Positions 1 through 9,526 of a stretch of 64,000 nt of DNA are shown here, in pieces. The DNA comes from Candidatus Eiseniibacteriota bacterium (GTDB lineage: Bacteria > Eisenbacteria > RBG-16-71-46), in the NCBI GenBank assembly GCA_963744995.1, contig CAVUWA010000004.1:224001-288000 (forward strand). Direction: 5' to 3'. Made by a program: the position numbers and the translations under genes. Positions within the stretch are counted from its first letter, which is position 1. The number at the start of each line of letters is the position of its first letter. The notes below the pieces were generated by a model. That model ran no database searches, had not been told where the DNA came from, and was given only the letters and a program-made list of their open reading frames with translations.

Positions 1-23
1 ATGCGTTCCGGGATGCCGGTCAT
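1..23 (-). CDS. 5' end of a gene running off the window edge (MTGIPER...)
   Basis: Minus-strand AAGGAG followed by ATG at 23; only 7 codons visible. Confidence 0.35.
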
Positions 24-179
24 ATGCTCCTTCGGGGGGCCGGGTTGGCAGGGCGTTCGCGCAACGGGCAGTGGAGGCGAGACATTAGTAGAGAAGCGAT
101 GATAGCGAAAGCCGATTCGAGCCGGCGCAAAGGGCTCGGCAGGCGCCACTCGCACGGCCCGGCGACGCCGGACCCGCCG

Positions 180-668
180 CTACTTTCCGCGCCCCTGCGC
201 CGTCACGATCGCCCTCAGGGTCTGCGCATATGTCGTGTCGCTCGAATCCGCCGCCGCCACGGCGCGCCGCGCGAACTGCTCGGCTTCGTCGAGCTTGCGG
301 TCCTGCCGGTAGAGCGCCCAGGCCAGATTGTTCATGGCCTGCGGATCGCCCGGGGCAATGCGCAGCGCGCGGCGGTACTCGCGTTCGGCGGCAGGCCAGC
401 GTTCGTTCGCGGCCTCGACGTTGCCCAGGTTCACCCGCGCGATCGCCAGATCGGGCTCGAGGCGTAGCGCCCGCCGATACTCCTTCTTCGCGAGTTCCAG
501 CTTGCCGCTCGACTCGTAGGCGACGCCGAGGTCGTTGTGCTCCTTCGCGGTCAGCGGGTCGTTGAGGATCACGAAGTGGCTGCACGCGCCGCTGCCGCCG
601 AGCAGCGCGCACAGGGCGGCGATCCCCGCCGTGCGGCGCCAGCGGCCCGGCCGCGGCCGCTGGCTCAC
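180..668 (-). CDS. Tetratricopeptide-repeat lipoprotein
   Basis: Signal peptide ending GAC; TPR motifs HNDLGVAY, ARVNLGNV, AMNNLAWAL; overlaps the upstream gene by 4 nt. Confidence 0.85.
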   Translation of the reverse strand: MSQRPRPGRWRRTAGIAALCALLGGSGACSHFVILNDPLTAKEHNDLGVAYESSGKLELAKKEYRRALRLEPDLAIARVNLGNVEAANERWPAAEREYRRALRIAPGDPQAMNNLAWALYRQDRKLDEAEQFARRAVAAADSSDTTYAQTLRAIVTAQGRGK

Positions 669-1174
669 GGCCGCCTCGCGACGATCAGCGCCAGGAATCC
701 CGCCTTCCTCCAGCGCGAGACGAGCTCGGACTGCCTCATCTCGCGCGGCTTCGCGCCGCCGTCGTGCAGCACGAACCGTTGCGCGTCGGGTTCCCAGCCG
801 ACGACCACCGCGAAGTGGCGCTTGCTGAGCGGCCCGAATCCGACGTCGTAGATCACGATCGGCGGCGTGCCGGCCGCGAGCGCGGCGCGCAGCGTGTCGG
901 CGTCGGCCTCCGCCACGCGCGCGGCGTAGCCGGACGTCTCGGCGGCGCGGGCGAGGTCGGTGATCAGCGCGCCGTGCAGCACCGGGTCGTAGGCGGCATC
1001 GGCCCGCGCGAGCGCGCTGTCGGGCGCGCCGTAGTAGCGCAGCACCATGCCGAGCGCCGCGGGGCCGCAGCGCTCGGGCGCCTGCCGAACGATCGGGACC
1101 GCGAGCCGGATCGGCCGCGGTCCCGCCACCGCCAGGGTCGTGAGCAGCGCGACGCAGGCCGTCGCGAGCGTCAC
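665..1174 (-). CDS. C39-like cysteine peptidase (PA2778-like N-terminal part)
   Basis: Q..CGPAALGM (catalytic Cys), HFAVVVGW (His), LHDG (Asp); N-terminal signal peptide. Confidence 0.8.
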   Translation of the reverse strand: MTLATACVALLTTLAVAGPRPIRLAVPIVRQAPERCGPAALGMVLRYYGAPDSALARADAAYDPVLHGALITDLARAAETSGYAARVAEADADTLRAALAAGTPPIVIYDVGFGPLSKRHFAVVVGWEPDAQRFVLHDGGAKPREMRQSELVSRWRKAGFLALIVARRP

Positions 1175-1572
1175 CTGACCACGATCTCCTTGTTCAGGAG
1201 CTTCATGATCAGGATCACCAGCAGCACCACGATGAGCAGCGAGATCAGCAGACCGACACCGTCGCCGCCGCTCGGCAGACCCTTCGAAGCCGACGCCAGC
1301 GTGTGCAGATCCTGGTCGCTCATCGACGCCATGCGCACCTGAACCTGATCGGGGGTGACCCCGTAGTCGGCGAGCTTCTGCACGACGAGCTTGTTTTCGA
1401 GCGCGCGCTGCACGGCGATCATGTCCGCGTCGCGCGGCGATGCGATGGCGGTGGTGCCGGAGAGCCGCGACGACGCCAGGCCCGCAGCAGCGGGGGCGGC
1501 GTGGAGCAGGGAGAACCAGCTCACTACGACCAGCGCCGTGATGAACCGAAGTCGTTTCGGGAACAGGCGCAT
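1171..1572 (-). CDS. PA2779-family protein
   Basis: Signal peptide, V..KL..YGV.P..V..R.ASMSD..L motif, GGD followed by a hydrophobic C-terminal helix; adjacent to the C39 peptidase. Confidence 0.75.
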   Translation of the reverse strand: MRLFPKRLRFITALVVVSWFSLLHAAPAAAGLASSRLSGTTAIASPRDADMIAVQRALENKLVVQKLADYGVTPDQVQVRMASMSDQDLHTLASASKGLPSGGDGVGLLISLLIVVLLVILIMKLLNKEIVVR

Positions 1573-1684
1573 CCCAGACCTCCTTCAGTGGGGGTCGGCG
1601 GAAGACGTCTCGGGGACCCGAGCCTAACCGAGGCGCGGGGATCTGGCCAGTGCGGGCGGCGCGTCCGTGCGCCGAGTCGCCCGC

Positions 1685-2785
1685 CTACGGCCCGAAGTGC
1701 GGAGGCGGGACGTGCGCGGCGAGCACCACGAACTGCAGGGCGAGCGCGGTGAGCACCATGCTCTGCCCGCCGACGCGCGTCGAGCCGGGCCAGGCCGCGA
1801 GGTGCCGCGTCACGCGCTGCATCGAGAGCGGGCCGGCCAGCGCGAGCGCCATGACGCTGAGGACCGCGGCCCCGGGTCCGGCGCCCGCCACCTGCGTCGC
1901 GAGCAGGGCCACGATCAGCAGCCCGCCGCCGATGCAGGTCCACGTGCCGCCGGGCCCCTGCCAGGGCTTCACGGGCAGCGCGAATGCCATGAGCGTGGTG
2001 AGGGCGAGCACGTTGAGCGGTCCGAGCAGCGTCTGACCGATGAAGCGCAACAGTCCGAGCGGCGCGGGGGCCAGCGCGAGAATCACCGCGTCGTAGGTCT
2101 CGAAGTTGTACCAGGGGCCCATGCGCCACGAGAGCAGCACGTGGGCGCCGCCGTAGACGAAGGCGAGGGCGGCCGCGAACGCGAGGGCCTGCGGGCGCCG
2201 GTCGATCGCGAGGTGCGCGAGCACGACCGCAGCGACGGCCAGCGCGGCGCCGTGGGTGAGCGCGGCGACCGACATGAACACCCCCGCGCTGATCGCGCCG
2301 TGCACGCCGTGGCCGCGCAGCAGGGCGTCGCCCCCCGCGAGCAGGAGCAGCAGCATCAGCGGTTCCGGCCGTGCCACGCCGATCCCGCCGCCGAGCAGCC
2401 CATAGCCGGCGAGCAGCAGCCCCGCGCCGGCCATGCCGTACGTCCAGTTCGAGGTCTCGCGCTTGACGATCGCCGCGAGCCACGCGGCCGCCCCGAGCAG
2501 CGCGACCAGCGTGAGCACGCGCGCGGTCGCGAGCGCCGAGCCGAACAGCGCGAGGCCGAGCGCGCCGGCCGCGGGGAGCGCCGGAGCGACGCCGGGAGCC
2601 GGCGTCGCGGCGTCGGTGTAGAAAGGCATGTGCGAATTGATGCGCGCGGCCTGCTCGACCACGACGGTTTCGATCGGCGTGGCGGGGCCGGGCTGCGGGA
2701 TCCGCGTCGCGAACAGGGCGACGAAGGCGCCGAGCACGGCCGCGGCCGCGAACCAGACGATGAAACGGATGGTGGACAAGACCAT
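1685..2785 (-). CDS. Polytopic membrane protein, possibly GT-C/ArnT-like
   Basis: 366 aa with many hydrophobic helices and an ARPEP motif; GGAGG-like RBS not clear. Confidence 0.6.
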   Translation of the reverse strand: MVLSTIRFIVWFAAAAVLGAFVALFATRIPQPGPATPIETVVVEQAARINSHMPFYTDAATPAPGVAPALPAAGALGLALFGSALATARVLTLVALLGAAAWLAAIVKRETSNWTYGMAGAGLLLAGYGLLGGGIGVARPEPLMLLLLLAGGDALLRGHGVHGAISAGVFMSVAALTHGAALAVAAVVLAHLAIDRRPQALAFAAALAFVYGGAHVLLSWRMGPWYNFETYDAVILALAPAPLGLLRFIGQTLLGPLNVLALTTLMAFALPVKPWQGPGGTWTCIGGGLLIVALLATQVAGAGPGAAVLSVMALALAGPLSMQRVTRHLAAWPGSTRVGGQSMVLTALALQFVVLAAHVPPPHFGP

Positions 2786-2942
2786 GGAGGTCCCCGAGTG
2801 GTGGAAGAGGGTCGGGTCCTTCCGACGATTCGGGCGGGGCGGCGTGCCCTGAGGGTATCGGCCGGGGCGGGGACGGCCTTGAGGCCGCGGTGGCGGGCCC
2901 GCCGGAGGACCGCCGGGCCTGCGCCGGGCCGGAAAGCGGGAC

Positions 2943-4160
2943 TCAGGAGCGGTCGAACCGGATCTCCCGGATGTCTTCCCACTCCACGTACGCAGGCCGG
3001 GAATCGCCGTCGAAGATCAGCACGCCGTCGTTCTGCCGCGTGACGTCCTGGGAGTCCTCGAGCTCGATGTCGATGCCGCCGCGAAGTCCGACGATCGTGC
3101 GATGGCTTCCCCGCGGGGTGATGCGCTCGATCCGGCGAAACGGAATCAGGTAGCGGGTGTCGCCGTTCCGGCCGTCCAGCATCTCGAAGTCCCAGGCTTC
3201 GTCCAGATCGAAGACGATGCGGCCGCGATGTCGGCCGTCGCGGGCCACCACGACGCCGGTGAGCGGCGCACCCTCGCCGAACTCCTCATAGCCGCGGCCC
3301 GAGACGGGCGCCGGATGCTGGAACGTCACCTCTTCGAAGTCGTTCCATCCGATCCGCACGCTGCCGATTTCCTTCACCTTCACCACCACGCCGCGGTTCT
3401 CGCCGTTCACGTCGTTGCTGCCGGTCAGGTCCATCTCGGATCCGTCGAGCAGCCTGACACGGACGCCGCGCCCGCGTTTGCGGATCGAGGCGATGTCACT
3501 GAACGGAATCGAGACGTCCCCGTCACGATCGTCGCCGTCCAGCTTGTCGATCGACAGGCACTCGTCGTTGTCCCACTGGATGCATCCCGTGAACTCGAAC
3601 CGGTGGGTGCGGACGGTGCCATAGAGGGGCAGGCCGAGCTTGTGTGCGATGTGTTCCGGGGCGGGGGTGAACTCGATGCTGCGGATTCGGTTCCAGCCGA
3701 TCCGCCGCGTGCCGCCGTCGGCGTCGACGACGGTGATGCGCGCGCCGACGTCGTTCGAGCCGCCGCCGAGTGCGATGGTCTTGCCGTTGCGGAACGTGGC
3801 CTCGATCCGGTTCCTGCCGTCCACGTCGATTCGCTTCAGGTCGCCGAAACGGATCTCGAAGACGTGTTCGAAATCATCGTCACGATGCTCGAAGATCCGC
3901 TCCCAGAGTCCCCGGTGATCCCGGCGCAGGCGCTCCAGTTGATCGTCATTCAGGTACTGCACGAAGTCGTTCCGGGTCTTCGTCGCGTTGAACATGTCCT
4001 CCCAGAACGCTTCTTCGTCCCCCCAGCGGAGCTCGCCCTGGTACGTGTCGCCACTCTCGGTGACCACGCGACCATGGATGTAGCCGGTGTCCGAAGCGTG
4101 CGCCGGGGCGACGGTGGCCAGTCCGGCGGCCAGCGCCGTCATCGCGATCAGCCGTTTCAC
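2943..4160 (-). CDS. Secreted hypothetical protein with three internal repeats
   Basis: AAGGAGG then GTG at 4160; signal peptide VKRLIAMTALAAGLATVAPAHA; repeated G.V.T....G.I.WD.DE...SNDV motif. Confidence 0.75.
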   Translation of the reverse strand: MKRLIAMTALAAGLATVAPAHASDTGYIHGRVVTESGDTYQGELRWGDEEAFWEDMFNATKTRNDFVQYLNDDQLERLRRDHRGLWERIFEHRDDDFEHVFEIRFGDLKRIDVDGRNRIEATFRNGKTIALGGGSNDVGARITVVDADGGTRRIGWNRIRSIEFTPAPEHIAHKLGLPLYGTVRTHRFEFTGCIQWDNDECLSIDKLDGDDRDGDVSIPFSDIASIRKRGRGVRVRLLDGSEMDLTGSNDVNGENRGVVVKVKEIGSVRIGWNDFEEVTFQHPAPVSGRGYEEFGEGAPLTGVVVARDGRHRGRIVFDLDEAWDFEMLDGRNGDTRYLIPFRRIERITPRGSHRTIVGLRGGIDIELEDSQDVTRQNDGVLIFDGDSRPAYVEWEDIREIRFDRS

Positions 4161-4439
4161 GGTGGTTCCTCCTTGCAGTCCAGTCGGAGAGCGAGTGGAG
4201 CACATCAGGTATCTCGAAACACGCGCCATGAGCCCAAAAAGTTGCAGCTCCGGCCGATCGCATCGTGCGCGCAGGGGCGACCCGGCGGCCCCGGCCGGGC
4301 GCCCGAGCGCAACTCGTTGTCGATCGGGCCACTTCCGCCGCGGGCGCGGCTCGGCTAGCGTGCCCTGCAGACGCGCAGCCGGTTCGGCCGGGCCCGGCCG
4401 ATCCGCCTGCACGCCGCCAGGATCGACATGCGCCATTCG

Positions 4440-5153
4440 ATGACCACAAAGCCGCCACCCGCGCGGCGGGGACCGCCGCGGCCGGTCGCGCGGCTCGCGG
4501 GGCGCGTGATCCTGTGCGCCCTGGCGGCCGTCGTGGCCGTGCACGTGGCTGCGGCGCTGACCCTCTTCGTTCTGCGCACGCACGACCCGGCGATCACCGC
4601 GCTGCAGATTCAGCGCCGCGTCGAGGCCGCCATGGCGGGGCGCCGCTACGCCGTGCGCCAGACGATCGTTCCCATGCGCCGCATTTCGCGGCACCTCGCC
4701 CACGCGGTGATCGCGGCCGAGGACGGCGGGTTCTTCGCGCATGGCGGGGTCGACTGGGACGAGCTCAGGAACGCGATGGAGGAGAACGAGGGCCGTCGCC
4801 GCTGGCGCGGCGGCTCGACCATCACCCAGCAGCTGGTGAAGAACCTGTTCTACGGCACGCGGCTGCGCTGGGTGACCAAGCCGTTCGACTTCACCCTGGC
4901 GCCGCTGGCGGACATGATCCTCGGCAAGCCACGCACGCTCTACCTGTACCTGAACGTGGTCGAGTGGGGGCCGGGCGTCTACGGCGCCGAGGCGGCGGCG
5001 CGTTTTCACTACCACACGAGCGCCGGACACCTCGCGCGCGACCAGGCGGCGCGGCTGGCGGCGATCCTGCCCGCGCCGCGCCGGCGCAGGCCGCAGGCGA
5101 TGAACCGCTACGCGCACATCATCATGAAACGCATGGCGGGCCGCGGCTGGTAG
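4440..5153 (+). CDS. mtgA: Monofunctional biosynthetic peptidoglycan transglycosylase
   Basis: GT51 motifs AAEDGGFFAHGGVD, GGSTITQQLVKNL, LYLNVVEWGPGVYG; N-terminal TM helix. Confidence 0.9.
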   Translation: MTTKPPPARRGPPRPVARLAGRVILCALAAVVAVHVAAALTLFVLRTHDPAITALQIQRRVEAAMAGRRYAVRQTIVPMRRISRHLAHAVIAAEDGGFFAHGGVDWDELRNAMEENEGRRRWRGGSTITQQLVKNLFYGTRLRWVTKPFDFTLAPLADMILGKPRTLYLYLNVVEWGPGVYGAEAAARFHYHTSAGHLARDQAARLAAILPAPRRRRPQAMNRYAHIIMKRMAGRGW

Positions 5154-5360
5154 TCCGGCGCCGCGTGCACCGTGCGCACCGGTTGCGAGCGCGGCACCTA
5201 TACCATTGCATGACATCCCCGCGCGCCGCCCGCTTTCGCAACGGACGCAGGTGCGTTACGTTGGCCGTACCCATGATGCCATCGCGATGGTCGCGATGAC
5301 TTGCGGTCCGCGCCCTCCCAGGGCGCGAGCCGGGATTCCCTCGAACCAGAGGAGGCTCCC

Positions 5361-7780
5361 GTGCCCGTCGACCTCGAGACCCGCCCGCCGCGCCCCGAGC
5401 GCGACGAGGTGCCCGAGGAACTGCACGAATCGCTGCTGCTCGCCCGCCTGGACGACCTCGTCAACTGGGGCCGGGCCAATTCGCTGTGGCCGATGTTCTT
5501 CGGCCTGTCGTGCTGCTTCGTCGAAATGGCGACAGCGCTCACGTCGCGGCACGACATCTCGCGCTTCGGCGCCGAGGTCATGCGCGGCTCGCCCAGGCAG
5601 GCGGATCTCATGGTCATTGCCGGCACCGTGTTCAAGAAGGTCGCGCCGGCGATCCTGCGGCTCTACGACCAGATGCTCGAGCCGCGCTGGGTGATCTCGA
5701 TGGGCTCCTGCTCGAACTCGGGCGGGATGTACGACGTCTACTCCGTGGTGCAGGGCGTGGACACGCTGCTGCCCGTGGACGTCTACGTGCAGGGCTGCCC
5801 GCCGCGCCCGGAGTCGCTGCTCGAATCGCTGATCCTGCTGCAGAAGAAGATCCGCGCGCAGGAGCGTCCCGCGCACATGATCTTCACCGGGCACGGCAGC
5901 CAGGGCACCACGCGTGCGCCGCGCGTGGTGGGCGTCACCACCGACGACGATCCGCGCGGGCCCGGCATGGAGGGCACGCACCCGCGCGGCACGATCCTCA
6001 GGCCGGGCTCGCCGTACCCGGCCGCGTACTTCCCGCCGTGGACGCCGCCCTCGCCGGTCACCCCCGACACCGCCGGGCTCGACGCGGTCGAAGCCGGGAT
6101 TGCGCGAGCGCTTCGGACTCGAGCGCGACCCGGCGCGCTTCGGCCCCACCGATACCCTCACGCTGCGCGCCACGTCCGAGACCTTCGAACCCGCGCTGCA
6201 CTGGCTCCGCCACGAGGCGATGCCGCGCTTCCGGCGCTTCGAGTTCTGCACCGCCGTCGACGACCGCCCGCGCGGCGCCGGCTTCCGCACGATCTACCAC
6301 CTCGCGGCGCTGGAGCCGGGCAAACCGTCGGTGCGGCTCTCGCTCGACCTCGACGCCGGCGATCCGCACCAGCCGACGGCCACGGGCGTCTATCCGGTCG
6401 CAGACTGGTACGAGCGCGAAACGGCGGACATGTTCGGCGTGCGCTTCGACGGCCATCCGGACCCGCGTCGCCTGTACATGCCGGACAACTGGCCGGGCCA
6501 TCCACTGCGCAAGGATCATCCGTACCGGGGCTCCGAAATGGCGCCGTTCACCGAGGCGGACGCGCGCGCCATCGACGAAGCGATCAACCGCCACTCGCGG
6601 ATACGAGCGGAAGACGACGACACCATGGTCATGAACATGGGCCCGCATCACCCCGCCACCCACGGCGTGCTGCGCATCGTGCTGCGGCTGGACGGCGAGG
6701 ACGTGGTGGACCTCGACCTCGACGTCGGCTACCACCACCGCGGGCCCGAGAAGATCGCCGAGCGTCAGACCTACCACCGCTTCCTGCCCTATACCGACCG
6801 CATCGACTACCTCTCGGGGGTGTCCAACAACCTGCCGTACGTGATGGCGGTCGAGAAGCTGCTCGGCATCGAGGTGCCGGCGCGCGCACAGGCGATCCGC
6901 GTCCTGCTGCTCGAGCTGTTCCGCATCATCAACCATCAGGTCTACGTCGGCACCTACGCGCAGGACTGCGGTGCGCTGACGCCGGTGTTCTACACGTTCG
7001 AGCACCGCGAACAGATCCTCGACTTCGTCGCGAAGGTGACCGGCGGGCGCATGCACCCGAGCTGGTTCCGGATCGGCGGCGTCACGCAGGATTTGCCCGA
7101 CGGCTGGCGCGAGGACATGGAGGCGTGGCTCGAGAAGTTCCCGGGGCAGCTTCGCGAGGTGGAGCAGCTCCTGACCGGCAATCCGATCTTCGTCGGACGC
7201 ACCCGCGGCACCGGCACCATCAGCCTCGACGACGCGATCGACGCGGGGTTCTCGGGGCCCAACCTGCGCGCCTGCGGGCTCGAGTGGGACCTCAGGAAGG
7301 CGACGCCCTACTGCGGCTACGAGCAGTACGAGTTCGACGTGCCGACCGCACCGGGCTGCGACAACGAGGCGCGCTACCTGGTGCACATGGAAGAGATGCG
7401 CCAGAGCCACCGCATCATCGAGCAGGTCGTGCGCACCATGCCCGACGGCGACTACGTCGACGCCGGATTATCGCTACTCGATCCCCGAACCGAAGCGGAT
7501 GCTGCACGACATCGAGTCGCTGATCCATCACTTCGTCAACGTGTCGCGCGGCTTCGTGCCGCCGGCGGGGGAGGCCTACGTCGCCACCGAGGCGCCGAAG
7601 GGCGAGAACGGCTACTACGTCGTCAGCAACGGCAGCAACCTGCCGTACCGCGTGTTCATCCGCACACCGTCCTATCCGCACATGCAGGCGCTGCTCACGA
7701 TGGTGAAGGGCGAGAAGGTGCCGGACCTGGTGGCGACGCTCGGCGGCATCGATTTCGTGCTGGGAGACATCGACAAATGA
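5361..7780 (+). CDS. nuoBCD: NADH-quinone oxidoreductase fused subunit B/C/D, interrupted by two +1 frameshifts (about 6100 and 7465)
   Basis: GGAGG then GTG at 5361; Nuo[16 protein letters not shown]; NuoC WYERE..DMFG, GHPLRKD; Nuo[29 protein letters not shown]. Confidence 0.85.
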
Positions 7781-8238
7781 GCGCGCAGTCCGCATCCGCG
7801 CCGGGCGAACGCGCGCGCCTGCGCGAACGCATCGTGGACGTCCTGTGGGAGATCCAGGAGAAGCGCGGCTTCGTCGACGACGACGGCGTGCGCGAGGCGG
7901 CACGCCAGTGCGATCTGACGCCGGCCGAAGTGGACGAGGTGGCCACCTTCTACAACCTCATCCACCGCAGGCCGGCCGGGAGGCTGCGGATCTACGTCTG
8001 CGACAGCATCTCGTGCGAGCTGAACGGCGCGCCGCAGCTCATGGCGAAGCTGTCGGATCTGCTCGGCATCGCCCCCGGCCAGGTCACCGCGGACGGCCAG
8101 GTCGGCCTGCTGCCGACCGTCTGCCTCGGGCACTGCGATCGGGCGCCCTGCGCGATGGTGGCGAACCGCATCGTCGGACCGCTGCCCGTGGATCGTGCCG
8201 GGCTCGAACGACGTCTCGAGGAGTGGCGCCATGAATGA
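7777..8238 (+). CDS. nuoE: NADH-quinone oxidoreductase subunit E
   Basis: VATFY, CDSISC and CLGHC [2Fe-2S] ligands; ATGA overlap with the nuoD part. Confidence 0.9.
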   Translation: MSAQSASAPGERARLRERIVDVLWEIQEKRGFVDDDGVREAARQCDLTPAEVDEVATFYNLIHRRPAGRLRIYVCDSISCELNGAPQLMAKLSDLLGIAPGQVTADGQVGLLPTVCLGHCDRAPCAMVANRIVGPLPVDRAGLERRLEEWRHE

Positions 8239-9526
8239 GGTCCTGCTGCGCGCGCGCGGGAAGCAGGGCGGGCCGGCCTCGCTCGGCGAATACCGCGACG
8301 CCGGCGGCTACGGCGCGCTGGACGCGCTGGGTGCGATGAAGCCCGGCGAGCTCATCGAACGCGTCAAGGACTCCGGGCTCCGTGGACGCGGCGGCGCCGG
8401 CTTCTCGGCGGGCATGAAGTGGTCGTTCGTGCCGCGCGGCGAGAAGAACGACGGCGGCCCGCGCTATCTGGTCTGCAATGCCGACGAGATGGAACCGGGC
8501 ACGTTCAAGGACCGCGTGCTGCTGGACACCAACCCGCACATCCTGATCGAGGGCATGATCCTCGCCGGCTACGCGCAGGAGTTCACCGAGGGCTTCGTGT
8601 TCATCCGCCGCGAGTACTTCGACCAGTACGACGCGCTGCAGCACGCCCTCGACGAGGCGCGCGGCGCCGGGTTGCTGGGCGACGACATTCGCGGCAGCGG
8701 CTTCGGCTTCGACATCCACGTCCATCGAAGCGGCGGTCGCTACATCTGCGGCGAGGAGACCGCGCTGCTGAACGCGTTCGAGGGCAGGCGCCCGGTGCCG
8801 CGCTCCAAGCCGCCCTTCCCGGCGACCCACGGCCTGTGGGGCCGGCCGACCACGGTGCACAACGTCGAGACGCTCTCGTGCGTGCCGGGCATCGTCGCGA
8901 ACGGCGCCGCGTGGTTCAAGGACCTGGCGAAGAACCCCGAGGGCGCGGGCACCAAGCTCTACGGCGGCAGCGGCGCGGTCGAGCGCCCGATGTGCATCGA
9001 GCGGCCGATCGGCACCACCCTGCGCGAGCTGCTCGACGAGATGGGCGGGGTGCGCGGCGGCAGGGGCCTGCTCGGCGCGATCCCGGGCGGGGCGTCCACG
9101 GCCTTCATCACCGGGGAACACCTGGACGTGCCCCTCGACTACGATCCGCTCGAGAAGGTGCACACGCGGCTCGGCACCGGCACGTTCATCGTGTTCTCCG
9201 AGGACGACTGCCCGGTGCGCGGCACGCTCAACCTGCAGCGCTTCTTCGCGCGCGAGTCGTGCGGTTTCTGCACGCCGTGCCGCGACGGGCTGCCCTACGG
9301 CGTGCGGCTGCTCGAGCGCATCGAGCAGGGCGGCGGCTCGCGCCACGACCTCGACACCCTCGAGGCGCTCTACCACGACATCGGGCCGAACTCGTTCTGC
9401 GCGCACGCGGCCGGCGCCGCGGAGCCGATCAAGGGTCTGTTCCGCCACTTCCGCGGCATTCTCGAAGATCACGTGACGCAGGGCGGGTGTCCGTTCCGGC
9501 CGGCCGGGGAGGCGCTCCATGCCTGA
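8231..9526 (+). CDS. nuoF: NADH-quinone oxidoreductase subunit F
   Basis: GLRGRGGAGF, NADEMEPGTFKDR, YICGEETAL, ESCGFCTPCR. Confidence 0.95.
   Translation: MNEVLLRARGKQGGPASLGEYRDAGGYGALDALGAMKPGELIERVKDSGLRGRGGAGFSAGMKWSFVPRGEKNDGGPRYLVCNADEMEPGTFKDRVLLDTNPHILIEGMILAGYAQEFTEGFVFIRREYFDQYDALQHALDEARGAGLLGDDIRGSGFGFDIHVHRSGGRYICGEETALLNAFEGRRPVPRSKPPFPATHGLWGRPTTVHNVETLSCVPGIVANGAAWFKDLAKNPEGAGTKLYGGSGAVERPMCIERPIGTTLRELLDEMGGVRGGRGLLGAIPGGASTAFITGEHLDVPLDYDPLEKVHTRLGTGTFIVFSEDDCPVRGTLNLQRFFARESCGFCTPCRDGLPYGVRLLERIEQGGGSRHDLDTLEALYHDIGPNSFCAHAAGAAEPIKGLFRHFRGILEDHVTQGGCPFRPAGEALHA

Noticed and set aside
5361..7780. Group 4 NiFe hydrogenase
   Set aside because: The NuoD part lacks both Ni-binding CxxC motifs
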